Source of the DNA: Azolla caroliniana
Taxonomy: Eukaryota > Plantae > Polypodiophyta
Assembly (NCBI GenBank): GCA_043228905.1
Contig: JBHGNT010000018.1
Location: 16,492,001 to 16,556,000, forward strand
Direction: 5' to 3'
Length of the DNA stretch: 64,000 nucleotides
The translations under genes were made by a program, and so were the position numbers. The notes beneath the pieces were generated by a model that had not been told where the DNA came from, did not search any database, and saw only the letters and a list, made by a program, of their open reading frames with translations. Shown here in pieces: positions 62,043 through 64,000 of this stretch (its first letter is position 1; every line of letters begins with the position of its first letter).

Positions 62043-64000
62043 TAGTTGAAATTATATTTCTATCATTGTAGTTTTACATGTAAATTCTCATACATGAGAA
62101 CTAAAATGAGTGACATGGTTATCATGCACCACATGTAATACATAAGCGCCAAATGGCAAACATGCAATTTATCATGTCTTGTACCCTCACATGCATCATA
62201 TGCATGAGAACATCTATAAAATAGGGAAGGGGGAGGAGAAAAAACACGAGTTTTTTTTATGAAAATTAAGAGGAAGAAATTCGTTATCAAATCAATCGTG
62301 TAATCTCAACTTCTCTCTTTCCCAATCTATCTTAAGTACTTTCTCGCCAAAGCTTGTATCGACTCTAAATCCTTCTGGTCCAGAACCCCGGCGGTTCCGC
62401 CTCACGATCCGCGCGTAGTGACGGATCTTCACGACACCGCTTGACGGGATCCTTCTGGCGGGTGGACCGACGTAACTCACTGTTACCCTGTTTGAGGCCC
62501 TTCTTGGCCGGTTCGGTCTTCGTTGTCGAAGGTCCGCCTTTCTCCTTGCCAGAGTCGGATGCACACTAATCCAACTCATCGTTGCCGGTTTCGAATTCCG
62601 GCATCTTTTTCTTCCCCTTCTCCTTGCGCGTGAACTGTCGCCTCGGTTCCTTGCGCGGGGAGTGCACGGCAAAGTCTTCACTACTCGTCGGTTCCTCATC
62701 GGACTGGTCAAATTGACTCAATCTCTCGTTTGGCCCGCTCAACCAGAACGATTCCGGACTCTCATCCTGAGTCCACACTTCATCATCCTCTACCTGGGCT
62801 GGTTCCAGCACACTAGCCTCATCCACCGGCATCGGGTCGGATTCGGAAGTCAGAACCGGTAAGGAGTACCACGATGCCGATTCATCGAACTAGACATCTC
62901 GACTAACTCGGACCTGCTTTGTCCGGGGGTGATAACACTTATAACCCTTCTGCTCTTGAGCATAGCCGATTGGGATGCATTTTTCCGATTTTGCATCCAG
63001 CTTCTTCTGCTTCTCTTCTGGTACATGCACATATGCAATGCTACCGAAGATCTTAAGGTGTCTCAAATTTGGCTTGCGCCCGAAATACAGCTCGTGAGCT
63101 GACACCGTGTCACTGATCCAGTTCTGGATGTAGACAGTCGTTTGGACTGCCTCCGCCCAATAGAATTTGGGCCTGCTCTTCTCCTCCAACATTGCCCTTG
63201 CCGCATCAATAAGCAACCAGTTCTTCCTTTCGGCAACACCGTTCTATTGCGGTGTGTATCTACAACTGAACTCTCGCCGAATTCCCTTTTGCTGCCGATA
63301 ACTGTTGAATTGGCTGGAAAAGTACTCTACAAGGAGCATCGACGGCGTATTCTCCCTTGTACACACCGTCGTTCGGAACGCTCTGAACTTAGACGCCAGG
63401 CCCCCAAGACAGACCTGTACCATCTCGTCTTCCTCTACGGTAACGTTGATAGAGGCAAGCGAGTCACAGATCTCTTTGATCCGGGCCGTGTAATCCGCCA
63501 TTGACATGTCCTTCTGTCGGACATTGCTCAACTCCTGTCGGAGTTGCAGCTTCCGAGCTGTAGTGCTCGCGGCGAAAACCTTCTTCAAGTTCCCGCAAGC
63601 CTCCTTTGGCGTCTTGGCGTCTCGAATGTGGCTCAGCAGCTGGTCTCCGACAGTGGACGCGAAGCAGTACATCACTCTGCTTGTCGATTGTTCCCACACT
63701 GGGAAGTCCTTATGTGCCGCATCAGGTGTTGTTTCGTTGGCTCCTTCGACGAAACTCCAGTAGCCATGCCCAAGCAGGTATTGGTGCATCTTATACGACC
63801 AAGATGCATAGTTGGATCTGTCGAGTTTCTTCACAGGGAGCGAGCTAGCCATCCCTTTATCCATCACTTCTCTGTCTGTTGTTCTTACGACTTGTTAGGG
63901 TTTGCTTTCAAGCGTTTGTCGGCTGAAGAGGTTCTCAACCCTCACGCTCTGATACCATGTGAACGATTACTTGTGGAAGCGTTAGAAAACAGAGAAAGTA

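Larger units (their letters stand above)
54523..62436 (+). mobile_element. Young full-length non-chromoviral Ty3/Gypsy element
   Basis: LTRs at 54523-55568 and 61392-62436 differ by about 9 substitutions and 1 indel by eye. Terminal IR TGTCGTGAAGAT..ATCTTCACGACA; TSD CCGC at 54519-54522 and 62437-62440; PBS 55577-55594; PPT ~61375-61391. Confidence 0.97.
51954..64000 (-). mobile_element. Ty1/Copia element D (internally deleted), interrupted by the young Gypsy; 5' LTR runs off the window
   Basis: 3' LTR 51954-52367 and 5' LTR from 63958, both reading TGTGAACG.TTACTTG.GGAAGCG on the + strand. PBS TGGTATCAGAGC at 63946-63957; PPT 52368-52378. Gag KLDRSNYASWSYKMHQYL, IN, RT YVDDL, RH TKHIEVHYHF. 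Confidence 0.93.

Overview
Eukaryotic plant nuclear DNA, most likely a seed-free plant such as a fern (inferred from the TE lineages and gene structure, not proven). There is one host gene: the last 13 coding exons of transportin-1 (TRN1, 4111-6365, +). Its upstream intron is >4 kb and carries a 5'-truncated RTE-X/CR1-like LINE and a 137-bp hairpin. The remaining ~56 kb is a transposon graveyard. It holds three L1-clade LINEs and two deep nests. Nest 1 is an old Gypsy, containing a chromoviral Gypsy (TSD CCTTT), containing Copia B, containing Copia A (TSD GTTGG). Nest 2 is a chromovirus remnant containing a hAT; the hAT holds an L1 (itself holding a Copia A-type LTR) and Copia D (itself holding a young Gypsy, TSD CCGC). 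Main highlights: (1) The young Gypsy (54523-62436) has a tRNA-Trp PBS, a 4-bp TSD and protease inside the gag ORF. It also has a -1 frameshift signal (G GAU UUU plus an H-type pseudoknot) and an antisense tRNA-derived Pol III promoter unit in each LTR. (2) Two very divergent L1s share an ungapped, unrecognised 83-aa domain at the end of ORF1, and all three L1s share a 3'-terminal motif. (3) There is a perfect 37-bp palindrome at 41511-41587. All coordinates and identities were read by eye; no searches were run.
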